A stretch of 64,000 nucleotides of DNA from Candidatus Parcubacteria bacterium (GCA_003599755.1 QZJO01000001.1:5222-69221), one strand, 5' to 3'. Positions 8,077-18,542 are shown, counted from the stretch's first letter. The notes: generated from the letters alone by a model not told the origin. Made by a program: numbers and translations.

Positions 8077-9824
8077 GAAAGCTCTGGGGCGATTCGTTCT
8101 TGGAACTCTTTGAGCGATACCGCGCCCTGGTCGCCCTTGCCGCGTTCGCGCACCGCCACGGTCTTTGCTTCTGCTTCGCGCTTGCCGATTACGAGCAAGT
8201 ACGGAATCTTTTGCAATTCGGCTTCGCGGATTTTGCGGCCGATGGTTTCATTCCGTTCGTCGAGCCAGACGCGGATATCTTGTTTGGCGAGCGCGTTCTT
8301 TACCTCGCGCGCGTAGGGCTCTGCGGCTTCATTGACGGTCAGCACGCCGACCTGCACGGGCGCGAGCCAGAAGGGGAATGCGCCGGCGAAATGTTCTATG
8401 GCGATGGCAAAAAAACGATCCAGCGATCCGAGCACGGCCACGTGCAATACGGCCGGGCGTGCTTTTCTGCCTTGTTCATCCGTATACGAAAGGTCAAAGT
8501 TTTCGGGCTGCACGTAATCGAGCTGGATGGTGGTCAGCTGCCATTCGCGGCCGATCGCATCTTCGACGAGCACGTCGATTTTTGGCCCATAAAACGCGGC
8601 CTCTCCCGTACCGATGAAATGCGGCACGCCCCAGCGCTCGACAGCTTCGATAAGCCCGGCCTCCGCTTTTTCCCAGAGGGCGTCGGAGCCGAAATACTTT
8701 TTCTTGTTTTTCGGGTCGCGGATCGAGATGCGTGCGCGGAACTTCTTGAATCCAAAGCGGTCGTATACGTGCTTGACGATGCCGAGGATCATATCGATTT
8801 CGGCCTGGATCTGATCGTAGCGCACGATATGGTGCGTGTCGTCTTGCGTGAGCGAACGGACGCGCAAAAGACCGTTGAGTTCTCCGGATTTTTCATTCCG
8901 ATAATCGGTCGCGTTTTCCGCGATGCGCACCGGCAAGTCGCGATAGCTCCACGTCGACGCCCGGTATACTTCAAAATGGTGGGGGCAGTTCATCGGCTTG
9001 ACCACCCAGCGTTCATCTTCGGCCTGGATTGAAGGCAGCATAGCGTCGTATTTGCCCAGATGTCCGGAGCGCCGGTACAGCGATTCTTTCGCCAGATGCG
9101 GCGTCCACACGAACGAATAGCCGCGTTCGCGTTTGAGATCGCTGATATATCCCAAGATCGCCTCACGTATGGCATTGCCCGCCGGCAGATACAAAGGAAG
9201 GCCGGGGCCGACCTCGGGCGAAAAGGCAAACAACCCGAGTTTTTTCCCGAGAATCTTATGGTCGCGCCGTTCGGCTTCTTCGCGCATGCGCAGGTGATCC
9301 TCGAGTTCCGCTTTGGATCCAAACGCAAGTCCATAGATGCGGGTCAGCTGCGGATTTTTTTCGTTGCCGCGCCAATAGGCGCCCGCGATGTGCGTAAGTT
9401 TGAAACCCTCGAGCGGGATTTCGGCCGTGGACTTCACGTGTCCGCCGCGGCAAAGGTCGTCGAACGACGACTTGCTATCCGGACCCGAGAGCGTATAGAT
9501 GGAAAGCGGTCTTTTTTCTTTGGTGAATTCTTTGATGAGATCGAGCTTGAAGGGCTGGTTTTTGAAAACTTTTTTAGCGACGGCCGGTGCGACCTTGCGC
9601 CCTTTCATCGCCAGCGGCAGGCGGGCAAGTTCCCGCATGCGCGCTTCGAGCGCGGGCAGATCCTCGGGGGTCAACGGCTGGGGTAGTTTGAAATCATAGT
9701 AAAACCCATGCTCGATGACCGGGCCGATGCCCAGTTGCGCCTTGGGAAATTTTTCCAGCACCGCCATCGCCAAGAGATGCGCGAGCGAGTGGCGGATTGC
9801 GTCGGTATCCTTTTCTTGTTGCAT
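8073..9824 (-). CDS. thrS: Threonyl-tRNA synthetase (no N-terminal TGS domain)
   Basis: RHSLAHLLA, DLCRGGHV, KPMNCPHH, GEAAFYGPKID. Confidence 0.97.
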   Translation of the reverse strand: MQQEKDTDAIRHSLAHLLAMAVLEKFPKAQLGIGPVIEHGFYYDFKLPQPLTPEDLPALEARMRELARLPLAMKGRKVAPAVAKKVFKNQPFKLDLIKEFTKEKRPLSIYTLSGPDSKSSFDDLCRGGHVKSTAEIPLEGFKLTHIAGAYWRGNEKNPQLTRIYGLAFGSKAELEDHLRMREEAERRDHKILGKKLGLFAFSPEVGPGLPLYLPAGNAIREAILGYISDLKRERGYSFVWTPHLAKESLYRRSGHLGKYDAMLPSIQAEDERWVVKPMNCPHHFEVYRASTWSYRDLPVRIAENATDYRNEKSGELNGLLRVRSLTQDDTHHIVRYDQIQAEIDMILGIVKHVYDRFGFKKFRARISIRDPKNKKKYFGSDALWEKAEAGLIEAVERWGVPHFIGTGEAAFYGPKIDVLVEDAIGREWQLTTIQLDYVQPENFDLSYTDEQGRKARPAVLHVAVLGSLDRFFAIAIEHFAGAFPFWLAPVQVGVLTVNEAAEPYAREVKNALAKQDIRVWLDERNETIGRKIREAELQKIPYLLVIGKREAEAKTVAVRERGKGDQGAVSLKEFQERIAPELS

Positions 9825-9892
9825 TCGTGATGTATTCCTTGCTTACTCGCCCAACTTTTCGAAAGAAAAATCGGGCGGGTTCGGCATGGCGT

Positions 9893-12800
9893 TCAGGAAA
9901 CTTCAGTCACCGCATCAGCGAGGATTTTGGGCTCATCGCGGTCTCGGGACACCCGGCCGCGAACGAGCAAGACCTTATCAACCTGCCACATTGCCGCGCT
10001 TTTCTCAAGGAGCCGCGGAAAGACCAATACTTCGGTTTTGCCGGTATGGTCTTCGAGCTGCACGAAGAGCATGGCCGCGCCGGCTTTCGTGGTGATGCGT
10101 TTCGCCCCGGATACGAGGCCGCCGACAGTCACGAGCGTATCGCGCGGCTGGCCGCCGAGCGCCGCGCAGGCCGCGGTGACTTTCTTGGCGAGTCGGTCGC
10201 GGTAGTCGTCGAGCGGGTGTTCGGACAAATACAGCCCGAGCAATTCCTTTTCCCACGTGAGGCGGTCGCGTTTGGCCGCGGGTTCGGCCGCATCCAAGGA
10301 AAGCATGGCAGCGGGTCCCGCCTCGGCGCCGCCAAAGAGCGAGCTTTGCCCCATGGCCGCGGCTTTTTGAATCTCGCGCGCGTATTCGAGCACGCGGTCC
10401 AGATTTGCAAGCAGAAGCCCCCGTTCGCCGAGCTCGTCGAGCGCCCCGCACTTGATGAGCGATTCGAGAGATTTTTTGTTGAGATCTTTGGACTGCACGC
10501 GGCCGACGAAATCGTCGATTGACACAAATGGCCCGCCCGCTTCGCGCGCGGCGATGATCGCATCGACGATGTTCGTGCCGACGTTTTTGATCGAACCCAG
10601 GCCAAAGCGGATTTCTTTGTCCGAGACGACGGTGAACGTGGCGCGCGAAGAATTGACCGACGGCGCAAGGATGGAAAGGCCCATGCTCCGCGCTTCGTCC
10701 ACGAGGAACGCGACGCGCTCGACTTCGAACCCTTCGGCGGTCATGAGTGAGGCCATGAAGTCGGCCGGCCAATGCGCTTTCAAATACGCGGTCTGGTAGG
10801 CGATGAGCGCGTAGCAGGTTGCGTGCGACTTATTGAAGCCGTAGCGGGCGAACGGAGGAAAAAGCTCCCAGATATCTTCGGCGGTTTTTCGCGGGATCCC
10901 GTTTTTGACCATACCCTCGATGAGCTTGCCGCGCTGTTCGTCGAGCAGCGATTTGATCTTCTTGCCGATAGCCCGGCGCATGGTATCCGCTTCGGCAAAA
11001 CTAAACCCGGCAAGGTCCCGGGTGATCTGCATCATCTGCTCTTGGTAGACGCCGATGCCGTAGGTCGGCTTGAGGATCGGCTCGAGCTTCGGATGCAGGT
11101 ACGTGATCCGCTCGCGGCCGTGCTTGCGCGCGATGAACGAGGGCAAAAGGTCCATCGGTCCGGGCCGGTACAGCGACACCATGGCAATGAGATCTTCGAA
11201 TTCGGTGGGTTGCAAATCCTTGAGGTATCGCTTCATGCCCTGGCTTTCAAACTGGAAAATGCCCGTGGTCTTTCCTTCGCGGAACAGACGGAAGGTGTCG
11301 CGGTCGTTGAGCGTAAGCGCGTCGAGGTCAAGCGGAATGTTATGGCGCTCGCGGATGAGCTTGGCCGCTTCTTCGATGATGGAAAGGTTGCGCAGGCCGA
11401 GAAAGTCGATTTTCAAAAGCCCGAGGTCTTCGACCGCGTGCATCTCGTATTGCGTGACGACTACTTTTTCCGATTCGCCGTTTCCGTTCCCATTCCCGTT
11501 TCCATTTCCGGATTTGTGCCCCCCGCGGGTCGCAAGCTGCAGCGGCAGATAGTGGGTAAGCGCCTCGGGCGTAATCACCACGCCGCAGGCGTGCGTAGAT
11601 GCGTGGCGGGCCACGCCTTCGAGCTTTCGCGCGGTATCGATCAGGCGTTTGGCATCGTCGCGCGATGCGTATAATTCTTTGAATTCGGGGACCTTCTCGA
11701 GCGCTTCGCCGAGCGTCGTGTGAAAGGGGATCATTTTTGCCGCCGTATCGCAAAAGGTATACGGCATGCCGAGCGCCCGGCCCGTATCGCGAATGGCCGC
11801 GCGCGCTGCCATGGTGCCGAACGTGATGATCTGCGCCACATGATCGCGGCCGTAGGTTTGGGCAGCGTATTCGATGACCTCGTCGCGGCGCCGGTCCGAG
11901 AAATCGAGATCAATATCCGGCATGGTGATGCGGCTCGGGTTCAAAAACCGCTCGAAGACGAGATTATACGCGAGGGGATCGATATTCGTGATACCGAGTG
12001 CATAGGATACGAGCGAGCCGGGGGCCGAGCCGCGGCCGGGACCGACCATGATGCCGTGCTTGCGCGCCCAGCCAACCAGGTCCTGGACGATCAGAAAGTA
12101 GGTCGAGAATCCGGTTTGACGGATGATTTCCAATTCGTATTGGATGCGTTCTTGGACCGCGGCAGCTTCGGCATCGGTGCGCGTGAGTATGTCCGCGCCG
12201 TGCCGTCGTTCGATTCCGGTACGCACGAGCGTTTCCAAATAGCGATCCGGCGTGGTGTCATCGGGGACTTGAAACGGCGGCAAGAGGGGCTTGCCCATCG
12301 GGATTTCGATATGGACGCCATCGGCGATTTCGTGGGTATTGGCGACTGCCTCGGGAATATCGCGGAAAAAATCGAGCATTGCGTCCGTCGACTTCATGGA
12401 AAAATCATCGCCCTTCATGGTCAGGCGGTTCTCGTCATCAATGCGGTTGCCGGTCTGCACCGAGACGAGCACGTCCTGGGCGTCGCGGTCGTCGGACGTG
12501 GTGTAGTGGATGTCGTTGACGCCAACGAGTTTCGCGCCGGTCTTTTTTGAGAGTGCGATGAGCGCGTCGTTGACGATTTTTTGTTCCGGAATGCCCGGAT
12601 GCGCGCCCAGCTCCAGGTAGAAATGTTCTTTGCCGAAGATATCTTGATAGTCGGCGATCAGCCGTTCGGCCGCGTTGATTTTGCGGGCGAGAATCGCTTG
12701 CGAGATTTCGCTATTGAGGCAGCCCGACAGCGCTGAGATACCGGCCGCGTGCTTCTTCAAGAGTTCCTTGTCCGCGCGCGGCTTATAATAGAAGCCCTCG

Positions 12801-13129
12801 AGGTGCGCTTGGGTGACGATTTCAAGAAGATTTTTGTATCCTTCGTAACTTCGAGCAAGCGCGGTGAGATGATAGCGCTTGTGGTCGATCCCCGGGCGCT
12901 TGTCGCGCATGCCTTCGGTCGCGATGTACAGCTCGCAACCGATGATCGGCTTGATACCGGCTTTCGTGGCCTTCTGGTAGAATTCGATCGCGCCATAGAG
13001 AACCCCGTGATCGGTCAGCGCGAGCGAGTCGAAGCCGAGTTGGCCGGCGCGGCGCACGAGCTCGTCGATCTTGGAAAGCCCATCAAGCAAACTATAGTGC
13101 GAATGTACATGCAGGTGGGTAAATTTCAT
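9893..13129 (-). CDS. dnaE: DNA polymerase III alpha subunit
   Basis: PHP motif HLHVHSHYSLLDG, GPGRGSAPGS, MPDIDLDF, YGFNKSHA. Confidence 0.97.
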   Translation of the reverse strand: MKFTHLHVHSHYSLLDGLSKIDELVRRAGQLGFDSLALTDHGVLYGAIEFYQKATKAGIKPIIGCELYIATEGMRDKRPGIDHKRYHLTALARSYEGYKNLLEIVTQAHLEGFYYKPRADKELLKKHAAGISALSGCLNSEISQAILARKINAAERLIADYQDIFGKEHFYLELGAHPGIPEQKIVNDALIALSKKTGAKLVGVNDIHYTTSDDRDAQDVLVSVQTGNRIDDENRLTMKGDDFSMKSTDAMLDFFRDIPEAVANTHEIADGVHIEIPMGKPLLPPFQVPDDTTPDRYLETLVRTGIERRHGADILTRTDAEAAAVQERIQYELEIIRQTGFSTYFLIVQDLVGWARKHGIMVGPGRGSAPGSLVSYALGITNIDPLAYNLVFERFLNPSRITMPDIDLDFSDRRRDEVIEYAAQTYGRDHVAQIITFGTMAARAAIRDTGRALGMPYTFCDTAAKMIPFHTTLGEALEKVPEFKELYASRDDAKRLIDTARKLEGVARHASTHACGVVITPEALTHYLPLQLATRGGHKSGNGNGNGNGNGESEKVVVTQYEMHAVEDLGLLKIDFLGLRNLSIIEEAAKLIRERHNIPLDLDALTLNDRDTFRLFREGKTTGIFQFESQGMKRYLKDLQPTEFEDLIAMVSLYRPGPMDLLPSFIARKHGRERITYLHPKLEPILKPTYGIGVYQEQMMQITRDLAGFSFAEADTMRRAIGKKIKSLLDEQRGKLIEGMVKNGIPRKTAEDIWELFPPFARYGFNKSHATCYALIAYQTAYLKAHWPADFMASLMTAEGFEVERVAFLVDEARSMGLSILAPSVNSSRATFTVVSDKEIRFGLGSIKNVGTNIVDAIIAAREAGGPFVSIDDFVGRVQSKDLNKKSLESLIKCGALDELGERGLLLANLDRVLEYAREIQKAAAMGQSSLFGGAEAGPAAMLSLDAAEPAAKRDRLTWEKELLGLYLSEHPLDDYRDRLAKKVTAACAALGGQPRDTLVTVGGLVSGAKRITTKAGAAMLFVQLEDHTGKTEVLVFPRLLEKSAAMWQVDKVLLVRGRVSRDRDEPKILADAVTEVS

Positions 13130-13236
13130 GGATGGTGATGGACGTGCACCCCGTTAGAAGTCCGTTCCGCCTGCGGCGGAATGGCAGACGCCTGTGGCGT
13201 CTTACTTCTAACGGGGTGCAGATGGGTGAATTGCAT
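13126..13236 (-). CDS. 36-aa upstream ORF: duplicate of the DnaE N-terminus interrupted in frame by element D
   Basis: MQFTHLH-PVRSKTPQASAIPPQAERTSNG-VHVHHHP*. Its TGA overlaps the dnaE ATG (ATGA). Confidence 0.5.
   Translation of the reverse strand: MQFTHLHPVRSKTPQASAIPPQAERTSNGVHVHHHP
13150..13215. mobile_element. CCCGTTAGA/TCTAACGGG palindromic element D (66 bp)
   Basis: 12-bp IR CCCGTTAGAAGT...ACTTCTAACGGG. Flanks GTGCAC/GTGCAG. Two inner hairpins. Confidence 0.8.
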
Positions 13237-13313
13237 GCGGTGGCGCCGGCGTTAGTTCTTCTCTACGATAACAGAAGCTTTCTCGCACGGGCAACTTTTC
13301 TTATTTGAATACT

Positions 13314-13910
13314 ATGCGGCGGGTCGTAATCGGCATTGATGAAGTTGGGCGGGGGGCATTGGCCGGCCCCGTGGTGCTCTCGGCCGTACGGACCGAAGCG
13401 CCGGTGCGCTGGGTGCATCCAAAACTTGGCCCGATTCGGGACTCGAAAAAACTCACGGCGCGCGCGCGTCAGTTATGGTTCGACTATTTGACCCGTCATC
13501 CGGCGTTGGTTTGGCGCGTGAGCTGGACGAGTCCCGCGCTGATCGACCGCGTCAATATCGCGCGGGCGGCCGATCGGGCCGCCTGTCGCTTGGCGCGCCG
13601 GCTCATGCCGGCGGGCGCCTGTTTCGTGTGGCTGGACGGCGGTCTTCGACTGCCCGCCGACATTCCGCATGAGGCGGTGATCAAGGGCGATGAGCGGATT
13701 CCCATCGTCGCCGCGGCATCCATTATCGCCAAGGTGTGGCGCGATCGGCTCATGGTACGACATGCCGCGCGCTTTCCGGTCTACGGTTTTGACGAACACA
13801 AGGGCTACGGCACGCGATTCCATCGCGAGCAGCTGCGGCTTCACGGACCGTCGGTATTGCATCGGCGATCGTTTATTACGCGGCTTATCGAGGCGCGCGT
13901 GCGCTCATAG
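13314..13910 (+). CDS. rnhB: Ribonuclease HII
   Basis: GIDEVGRGALAGPV, RDSKKL, AASIIAKV, HKGYGT. Confidence 0.95.
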   Translation: MRRVVIGIDEVGRGALAGPVVLSAVRTEAPVRWVHPKLGPIRDSKKLTARARQLWFDYLTRHPALVWRVSWTSPALIDRVNIARAADRAACRLARRLMPAGACFVWLDGGLRLPADIPHEAVIKGDERIPIVAAASIIAKVWRDRLMVRHAARFPVYGFDEHKGYGTRFHREQLRLHGPSVLHRRSFITRLIEARVRS

Positions 13911-13952
13911 CGCATTGTTCTCACCCCAGGGCCCTTTTGTTACCATTGATAT

Positions 13953-14900
13953 ATGGAAATCATCGGTCATGAGCGACCGTTGGCGTATCTGCGCGCGGTC
14001 GCGACGCGGGGCGAATTGGCGCACGCGTATCTGTTTGTCGGTCCTGCTGGCGTAGGCAAGCGAGCCGTGGCCGAGGCGCTCGCGCGCGAGCTCTTGTGCA
14101 GTGCGAAACGCCATGATTTTGGCGGCTGCGGCGCGTGCGCTGATTGCGCTTTGATGGCGAACCGGGCGCACCCTGACGTGGTGACGCTGTCGCCCGCGGA
14201 GCGGCTTTTAACCGATGCCGATAAGAAGGATATCGGTATCGAAGACGTGCATGAACTGACGCGGCGCCTGGCCGCAACCGCGTGGCGCGGCGGCTGGCGC
14301 GTGGCCATTGTGGACGGCGTGGAGCGCATGTCGCGCGATGCCATGACCGCGCTTTTAAAAACTCTCGAGGAGCCGGGCGAGCGGACGGTATTTGTGCTTA
14401 TTGCGCAGACCCTGTCGGGCATTTTGCCGACCATTCGTTCGCGCGCGGTACCGCTCGCATTCACGCCGGTAGCCGATGACGAGCTCGCGCCCATGCTTGC
14501 GTCATTGCCGGCGGGCGAACGCGCACCAGCACTGGCGCTGGCGAATGGCCGGCCGGGCATTGCCGTGCGCCTTGCCAATGATGCCGAATTCCGGGAGCGC
14601 GCGCTTTCTGAACAACGCGAGTATCATACGCTCCTGCGAGCGGCTTTGCCCACGCAGTTTTCGTTTGCCGAAGCCGAGAGTCGGGAGCCGGGGCGCCTGG
14701 AAGGATTTTTAAGCTATGCCGCGGCGGAACTGCGTAAGGATTTAGCTGCTGCGGTCGGCGAACGGCAACAGCGCATTGCCGCCGCACTCGGCATCATGCT
14801 CAAGACCTTAGCCTCGCTTGCCGGCGCGAATGTGAACCGGCGCTTGGCCGCGGATCATCTGTTCTTCCAGCTCGATGGCCTCCGCCGCCAGACGGTATGA
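13953..14900 (+). CDS. holB: DNA polymerase III delta' subunit
   Basis: HAYLFVGPAGVGK, Zn-finger CGACADC, ALLKTLEEP, TIRSRA. Confidence 0.9.
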   Translation: MEIIGHERPLAYLRAVATRGELAHAYLFVGPAGVGKRAVAEALARELLCSAKRHDFGGCGACADCALMANRAHPDVVTLSPAERLLTDADKKDIGIEDVHELTRRLAATAWRGGWRVAIVDGVERMSRDAMTALLKTLEEPGERTVFVLIAQTLSGILPTIRSRAVPLAFTPVADDELAPMLASLPAGERAPALALANGRPGIAVRLANDAEFRERALSEQREYHTLLRAALPTQFSFAEAESREPGRLEGFLSYAAAELRKDLAAAVGERQQRIAAALGIMLKTLASLAGANVNRRLAADHLFFQLDGLRRQTV

Positions 14901-16036
14901 ATACCATGAATAACCGCACCACGGTTATCGTGTTCCTCGCGATTTTTGCCGTCGGCATCGTGCTTTTCGTCGTGCTGCCGTTCATATTTTTTCGCGGGCC
15001 GAGCGAGCCCGAAGAGCCGGGCGTCCCGCCGCCATCGGGCGAGCCGGCCGACGTTCCGACACAAGGGGTATTCCGCTCCGACAACGGCGGCCGGACATGG
15101 GATCCGGCAGATGCGATCGAGGGCCGGATCGGATCCATTGCCGGGTTCCGGATCCGCCGGCTGATCCCGCACCCGACCGATCCGGACACGCTGTTCGCCG
15201 CGACCGAATCCAACGGGCTTTGGGAATCGCGGAGCCGCGGAGCGCTCTGGGCCCAGATTGCGGATGACGAGAGCATGGACGGCGGCCTGGCGCCCATGGC
15301 CGATGTGTTGTCGGTGGCGATCAATCCCGACGATCCGCGCGAATGGTATGTCGCGGCCTACCAAGACCGGCGCGGCCGCCTGTTCCGATCGCTCGATGAC
15401 GGCAATTCGTTTACCGAAGTGTACCGCACGCCGAGCGAGCGCTTCGGCGTCTTTGACGCGTACTATGATTCCGATACGCGGGCGGTCTGGATTATCACAG
15501 GCCAAGGCGGACTATTAGAGAGCAGGGACCGCGGCGAGACATGGCGCGTGGTGCGCTGGTTCGCCGACGGCCTGATCCGGATGCTCGTGAGTCCGCGCAA
15601 CGAGGCCGTACGGTTTTTGGTAACGCCCGAAGGCCGGGTGTTTCGTACCGAGGACCGTGGGGCAAGCTGGGTGGACATTACGCCGAATTTCCGGCAGTTT
15701 TCTGGCGCGACTGCCCAGCAGGCCTGGTTTATCGACAGCGACGGCAATTTGTATCTGGGTTCAGCTTACGGCCTGCTCCGTTCGCGCGACCACGGCGATA
15801 CGTTTACCGCGCCGCCGCTGATCGTGCCGCCCGAATCGCTGCCCGTGCGCGCCGTTGCCGCGCATCCAGCCGAGCCATTCCGCGTCGCCGCTGCTGCAGC
15901 AAACCAGCTGTACCGCTCCGATGACGACGGACTGAGCTGGTCCATCCTCATATCGCCGCCGGGTTCCAGTATCACGGACCTTCTCTTCCATCCGACCGAT
16001 CGATCCGTTATCTTTGCCATTACTACGAGCCGCTAA
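14897..16036 (+). CDS. Membrane-anchored BNR/Asp-box beta-propeller (YCF48-like)
   Basis: N-terminal TM and repeated SxDxGxTW Asp-boxes. Confidence 0.8.
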   Translation: MNTMNNRTTVIVFLAIFAVGIVLFVVLPFIFFRGPSEPEEPGVPPPSGEPADVPTQGVFRSDNGGRTWDPADAIEGRIGSIAGFRIRRLIPHPTDPDTLFAATESNGLWESRSRGALWAQIADDESMDGGLAPMADVLSVAINPDDPREWYVAAYQDRRGRLFRSLDDGNSFTEVYRTPSERFGVFDAYYDSDTRAVWIITGQGGLLESRDRGETWRVVRWFADGLIRMLVSPRNEAVRFLVTPEGRVFRTEDRGASWVDITPNFRQFSGATAQQAWFIDSDGNLYLGSAYGLLRSRDHGDTFTAPPLIVPPESLPVRAVAAHPAEPFRVAAAAANQLYRSDDDGLSWSILISPPGSSITDLLFHPTDRSVIFAITTSR

Positions 16037-16045
16037 CGTCCCCGC

Positions 16046-16588
16046 ATGGCAGAATTGAAACAAAAACTCGAATCCGTCATAATCGCGCTCCGGAATGACA
16101 TCGCCGGTTTGCGTACCGGCCGCGCCACGCCGGCACTGGTCGAAGATATCGAGGTGGACGCCTATGGCGCGAAGCAGCCCTTGAAGTCGCTGGCCGCCAT
16201 ATCCACGCCCGAACCGCGCCAGATCACGATCCAGCCGTGGGACCGTTCGCTGATCCAAGCGGTCGAGAAGGCGATCCAGGCATCGCCCCTCGGCCTCGCG
16301 CCCATTGCCGAGAAGGATGTGGTGCGGTTGAATCTGCCGACCCTGACCGAAGAGCGCAAACGCGATTTGGTGCGCCTGTTGAAGGAGAAGCTCGAGACCG
16401 CGCGCATCGCGGTGCGCAGAGTTCGCGATGACGCGATGAAGCAGGTGGAGAGCCGCGAGAAAGCCAAAGAAATTTCCGAGGACCAGAAATTCCGCGAGAA
16501 GCAGGACGTGGAAAAGGCGATCGGTGAAGCGAATCAAAAGATCGAGGATCTGGGCAGAGCCAAGGAGATCGAAATCATGGCGGGCTAG
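16046..16588 (+). CDS. frr: Ribosome recycling factor
   Basis: LRTGRATPAL, LTEERKRDL, ARIAVRRVR. Confidence 0.96.
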   Translation: MAELKQKLESVIIALRNDIAGLRTGRATPALVEDIEVDAYGAKQPLKSLAAISTPEPRQITIQPWDRSLIQAVEKAIQASPLGLAPIAEKDVVRLNLPTLTEERKRDLVRLLKEKLETARIAVRRVRDDAMKQVESREKAKEISEDQKFREKQDVEKAIGEANQKIEDLGRAKEIEIMAG

Positions 16589-16590
16589 CG

Positions 16591-17322
16591 ATGGCCAAGC
16601 GCCGATTGGACGCGATTCTTATTGGGGAGCACGGCGTTCCGGACGCGAACGCCGCGTTCGTGCTCGTGACCGAAGGCCGTGTGTTTATCAACGGCCAAAA
16701 AGCGGTCTCGCCGGCACAGACGGTAGCCGGGAATGCGACCGTCGAAGTACGCCAGCCCCGCGCATACGTCGGCCGCGCGGCGTATAAGTTGGAGGCGGCA
16801 TTGGAGCACTTTGGCATTTCGGTCGACGGCATGATCGCGGCCGACGTCGGCGCGGCCACGGGCGGATTCGTCGAGGTGCTCGTGAAGCGCGGCGCCAAAA
16901 AGGTCTATGCGATCGATACCGCGCGCGGCAAGCTCGATTTGAAAATTCGGGAGCATCCGCGCGTGTTTGTCATGGAAGGAACCGACGCGCGCGCGATTGA
17001 TCGATTGCCCGACCCCATCGATATCGTTTCCATGGACGTCTCGCTGATCTCGCTCCGGCAGATGCTCGGCCCCGTGCGGCAGTGGCTCGCGCCGGACGCG
17101 AGCGTGATCGTGCTTTTGAAACCGCAGTACGAAGCCGAGCCCGGCGAACTCAAGCACGGCATCGTGCGGCTTGACGCGGCGCGCGAACGGATCGTCCGGG
17201 ATTTTCGCGCGTGGTGTTCGGCGAACGGCTGGCAAGAGCGGGGCATGATCGAATCGCCGATCCGCGGTACGGAAGGCAATATCGAGTATCTTTTTTGGCT
17301 GCAGTTGGGTAGTATCGGATAG
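16591..17322 (+). CDS. tlyA: TlyA-family rRNA 2'-O-methyltransferase (S4 + FtsJ-like)
   Basis: RLDAIL S4 start, YVGRAAYKL, DVGAATGGF, LKPQYE, SPIRGTEGNIEY. Confidence 0.88.
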   Translation: MAKRRLDAILIGEHGVPDANAAFVLVTEGRVFINGQKAVSPAQTVAGNATVEVRQPRAYVGRAAYKLEAALEHFGISVDGMIAADVGAATGGFVEVLVKRGAKKVYAIDTARGKLDLKIREHPRVFVMEGTDARAIDRLPDPIDIVSMDVSLISLRQMLGPVRQWLAPDASVIVLLKPQYEAEPGELKHGIVRLDAARERIVRDFRAWCSANGWQERGMIESPIRGTEGNIEYLFWLQLGSIG

Positions 17323-17324
17323 AT

Positions 17325-18401
17325 ATGATTTTGGGTATCATCGCGTTTGTCGCCATGCTCGGCGTCCTCGTGCTCGCGCATGAGTGGGGGCATTTTTACG
17401 CTGCCCGCAAATTCGGCGTGCGCGTCGAAGAGTTCGCGTTCGGTTTTCCCCCGCGTCTTGCGAGTATCACGAAAAACGGCGTGCGCTATGCTTGGAATCT
17501 CATTCCAATCGGCGGCTATGTGAAAATTTACGGCGAAAGCGGCGAAGGGCAAGGAAACCGGGAAAGCTTCAGCTCGCGGCCAATCTGGCAGCGCTTTATC
17601 ATCATTGCCGCGGGCGTGTTCATGAACATGGTGCTTGCTTGGGTGTTGTTTTCAGCCGGCCATGCGATCGGCCTGCCCACGGTGCTTGCCGAGGATGATG
17701 CCACGGCCGGAGTCGTGACCATTTTGGACGTCCTCGAGGATTCGCCGGCTGCTCAAGCGGGAATCCAGTTCGGCGACGTGATTCGGCGCCTGGAAGCGGC
17801 GGGCGAGACGATTGCGGTCGCATCCATGCGTGACGTCCAGGAATTCGTAAGCCGGCACGGCGGCGAGTCCATCACCATGGTGGTCGTGCGGGGGTCGGGC
17901 GAGCGCTCGGTGGGCATAGTGCCGCGCGTGAATCCGCCGCCGAGCCAGGGGGCGCTGGGCATCTCTATGGCACGGGTCGGTATTGTAGCTTCGCCCTGGT
18001 GGCGCGCGCCGTGGGATGGCGCCAAAACCACAGCTACGGCGATCGTGGCCATCGCGCGCGGTCTTGGCACGGTGGCGCAGAATCTGTTCGCGCGCGGCGA
18101 GGTCAGCGGCGATGTTTCCGGTCCGGTCGGCATATTCGTGTTCGCGAACGAAAGCCGGAAGCTCGGCATCGTGTATCTTTTGGAGCTTGCCGGAGTGCTT
18201 TCGATCAACCTTGCTATCCTCAATATTCTTCCGGTGCCGGCGTTGGACGGGGGGCGAGTGCTGTTTCTCGCGATCGAGCGGATCCGCGGTGGCGTGCGAG
18301 TGAACGAACGCATTGAGCAGTTCGTGCATACCGTCGGCATGGCGCTGTTGCTGCTCCTGATGGTAGCGATTACCTACCGTGATATTGTCCGCTTTTTCTG
18401 A
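17325..18401 (+). CDS. rseP: RIP metalloprotease RseP (M50, PDZ)
   Basis: HEWGH, NILPVPALDGG, PDZ domain. Confidence 0.93.
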   Translation: MILGIIAFVAMLGVLVLAHEWGHFYAARKFGVRVEEFAFGFPPRLASITKNGVRYAWNLIPIGGYVKIYGESGEGQGNRESFSSRPIWQRFIIIAAGVFMNMVLAWVLFSAGHAIGLPTVLAEDDATAGVVTILDVLEDSPAAQAGIQFGDVIRRLEAAGETIAVASMRDVQEFVSRHGGESITMVVVRGSGERSVGIVPRVNPPPSQGALGISMARVGIVASPWWRAPWDGAKTTATAIVAIARGLGTVAQNLFARGEVSGDVSGPVGIFVFANESRKLGIVYLLELAGVLSINLAILNILPVPALDGGRVLFLAIERIRGGVRVNERIEQFVHTVGMALLLLLMVAITYRDIVRFF

Positions 18402-18542
18402 TATCATTACGCCTATATACCCGATAATATAACTGCGAAAATTTTTGCGAAGCTATGGTAATTTCAGCATGATCTGCGTCGAAACGGCATTGGTGTAATA
18501 TGGAGATCCCTTATTTTTAACTTTGAAGTTGCACTACCGGGT

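Noticed and set aside
9893-13129. Inteins in dnaE (recA and the visible part of dnaB also checked)
   Set aside because: Lengths are normal and there are no intein boundary or endonuclease motifs.
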